Assembly: GCA_964426185.1 (NCBI GenBank)
Contig: CAYRPF010000071.1
Span: forward strand, 1 to 15,906
Direction: 5' to 3'
DNA length: 15,906 nucleotides
From: an uncultured archaeon
Lineage (GTDB): Archaea; Asgardarchaeota; Lokiarchaeia; Sigyniarchaeales; Promethearchaeaceae
Shown piece by piece: positions 14,401 through 15,906 of this stretch (its first letter is position 1; each line of letters starts with the position of its first letter). A program made the position numbers and the translations under genes. The notes beneath the pieces are model-generated. The model ran no database searches, had not been told where the DNA came from, and saw nothing but the letters and a program-made list of their open reading frames with translations.

Positions 14401-15849
14401 CTATTCCCTTTTTTTTGCTTTTGCAAATAGTTTCTTTGTAGAATTAATAGGTTGATGAAAATTTTTATTCCTTTTGCGAAGTTCTTTCTGCATATCTTTC
14501 GCGCTCAACAATAAGATGAGTGCAATCATCATTAGAATCAAACTTATCGAAGTAAACCACTCTGTGGGAAGATATGTTAGAAGCGCCCCTCCGATTAATG
14601 GTCCGATAATTTGTGCGAAAGTGTCAATGGATGAGGCGATCCCCTGGACTTTACCTCGTTCCCATGGATTTGCCAAGTTAGAGATAAATGAAGAGATGGA
14701 ACCTCGGGTGGCGGAAGTGGCCAGGCTGTGAAATACCAGCATGATAACAAATTGATAAATTTGAGAAATAAAGACAAAAACAGTAAATTCAAATAAATAA
14801 AGAAGAAAACCGATAATTGCTAGTCTATATTCGCCCCACTTCTTCAATGCAGGTATGTATATGGAAAATCTAGTTATTATTTGAATAACTGCAGTTAACA
14901 TCAGTAGTAACCCAATTTCTGAAGTGCCTAAGTAAAATTTTTTATACCCAAAGTTGGCTAAATTTGAAATGATGGTCATAAATCCAAAGGAAGAAAATGC
15001 CAATATTAGTAAAGCCCGCACCAGAACTGTATGTTGATACCATGGCGGATGATAATTTTTACCAAAATTCTTAGATTCGAACCCAGCTTCAATACTAAAA
15101 ATTGCTCCCATACTTGATTCAGCTTTCTTATTCACTGATGATATTTCTTTTAATGTAAAAGGTTTTGTTTTGGTCTTTATTGGAGCAGTTTCAGGTAAAC
15201 GCAATAAAGTTATTGTAAATGTGAAAATTGCAGTAAATGCGGCTGCTAAACCTGGACCTATCAGTCCGAATTTAGTATAAAGAAATCCACCAAGAGCAGG
15301 CGCGAAGAGATTTGCGAAATTATGGGCGATTCCAATATTTGTCATTTCTTTAGCCATGTCTTCGGGTTTTACCACATCATTGATAACTGCTTTGGATATA
15401 GGAAAATTTCCTCCGAAAATGCCATCAATAATTCGAGAAACTAGAATTAATTCGTATGAGTCAGCAAACGCTAAGAGGAAAAAACCAAGAATCGTTCCTG
15501 CTTGAGAAATTTGAAGAAGGGGTTTACGGCCATATTTATCAGATAACTTACCCCAAATGGGGGCTGAAATGAAAGAGAATAAACCGTTCACTGAGGATAT
15601 GATACTGACTTGTAGAAAGGTTATATTAAATAATCGGGTAAAATCAGGAAAAACAGCAATTAAAAGCGAAAACCCGATGATATCTGAAAAAACAGCCATC
15701 CAAAGCGGCCTTATCTGATGATATTTAGAAGGGCTTTTTCGTTTTTTAACATATGATTTAGGATATTCTGAGTTTTCTGAGTTTTCGGAATTTTCTGAAT
15801 TTTCTAAGTTTTCGAGAAGTTCAATGTTATTCGATTTTTTGGTTGACAT
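14401..15849 (-). CDS. MFS transporter, DHA1/TetA-like
   Basis: About 12 TM. DIIGFSLLIAVFP, motif A WGKLSDKYGRKP, SRIIDGIFGGN, APALGG, ERGKVQG, IIGPLIGG. Convergent with the SDR, with a 1-bp gap between stop codons. Confidence 0.92.
   Translation of the reverse strand: MSTKKSNNIELLENLENSENSENSENSEYPKSYVKKRKSPSKYHQIRPLWMAVFSDIIGFSLLIAVFPDFTRLFNITFLQVSIISSVNGLFSFISAPIWGKLSDKYGRKPLLQISQAGTILGFFLLAFADSYELILVSRIIDGIFGGNFPISKAVINDVVKPEDMAKEMTNIGIAHNFANLFAPALGGFLYTKFGLIGPGLAAAFTAIFTFTITLLRLPETAPIKTKTKPFTLKEISSVNKKAESSMGAIFSIEAGFESKNFGKNYHPPWYQHTVLVRALLILAFSSFGFMTIISNLANFGYKKFYLGTSEIGLLLMLTAVIQIITRFSIYIPALKKWGEYRLAIIGFLLYLFEFTVFVFISQIYQFVIMLVFHSLATSATRGSISSFISNLANPWERGKVQGIASSIDTFAQIIGPLIGGALLTYLPTEWFTSISLILMMIALILLLSAKDMQKELRKRNKNFHQPINSTKKLFAKAKKRE
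15766..15816 (-). repeat. In-frame 9-bp tandem repeat encoding (L/S)EN repeats in the MFS N-terminal tail
   Basis: About six degenerate ttttc(t/g)ga(g/a) units; protein reads LENLENSENSENSENSE. Confidence 0.85.
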
Positions 15850-15906
15850 TTCTTGAATTCTATTATGAAAAAATAAGTGATAATATTTTAAACAATGGAT
15901 TTTAAA

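Noticed and set aside
11421-14792. ORFs 11421..11639, 13458..13649, 14186..14455, 14474..14731 and 14595..14792
   Set aside because: They overlap nadE, the SDR or the MFS gene, with no independent support.
14401-15849. Tetracycline resistance gene (tetA) or Spinster-type sphingolipid transporter
   Set aside because: Only generic DHA1 MFS motifs are visible, so the substrate cannot be assigned from sequence.

Overview
AT-rich, densely coding window of archaeal chromosome. It is most likely from an Asgard archaeon of Lokiarchaeia/Promethearchaeum type; this is inferred from gene content, not from a database search. There are 17 supportable CDSs. Housekeeping, regulatory and transport genes: archaeal ATP-dependent DNA ligase, NH3-dependent NadE, a TauE/SafE exporter, an MFS transporter and two AbrB-type regulators (one fused to an ACT domain). 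A central ~7.6 kb stretch is rich in eukaryote-signature-like proteins: a single-gelsolin-domain protein with an unrecognised C-terminal domain, two stand-alone longin-domain proteins, a stand-alone MIT/TPR-like helical protein, and an MglA-type small GTPase with no neighbouring MglB/roadblock gene. A bacterial-type MoxR AAA+/VWA pair is interleaved with these. Downstream is a probable lipid operon: lysophospholipase-like hydrolase, small membrane protein, and an SDR with the KDSR/Tsc10 (3-ketosphinganine reductase) signature. A telomere-like (TTTTAGGG)n, G-quadruplex-capable repeat sits between the AbrB-ACT gene and the second longin gene. No rRNA, tRNA, CRISPR array or mobile element was recognised. 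All family calls come from motif recognition by eye.
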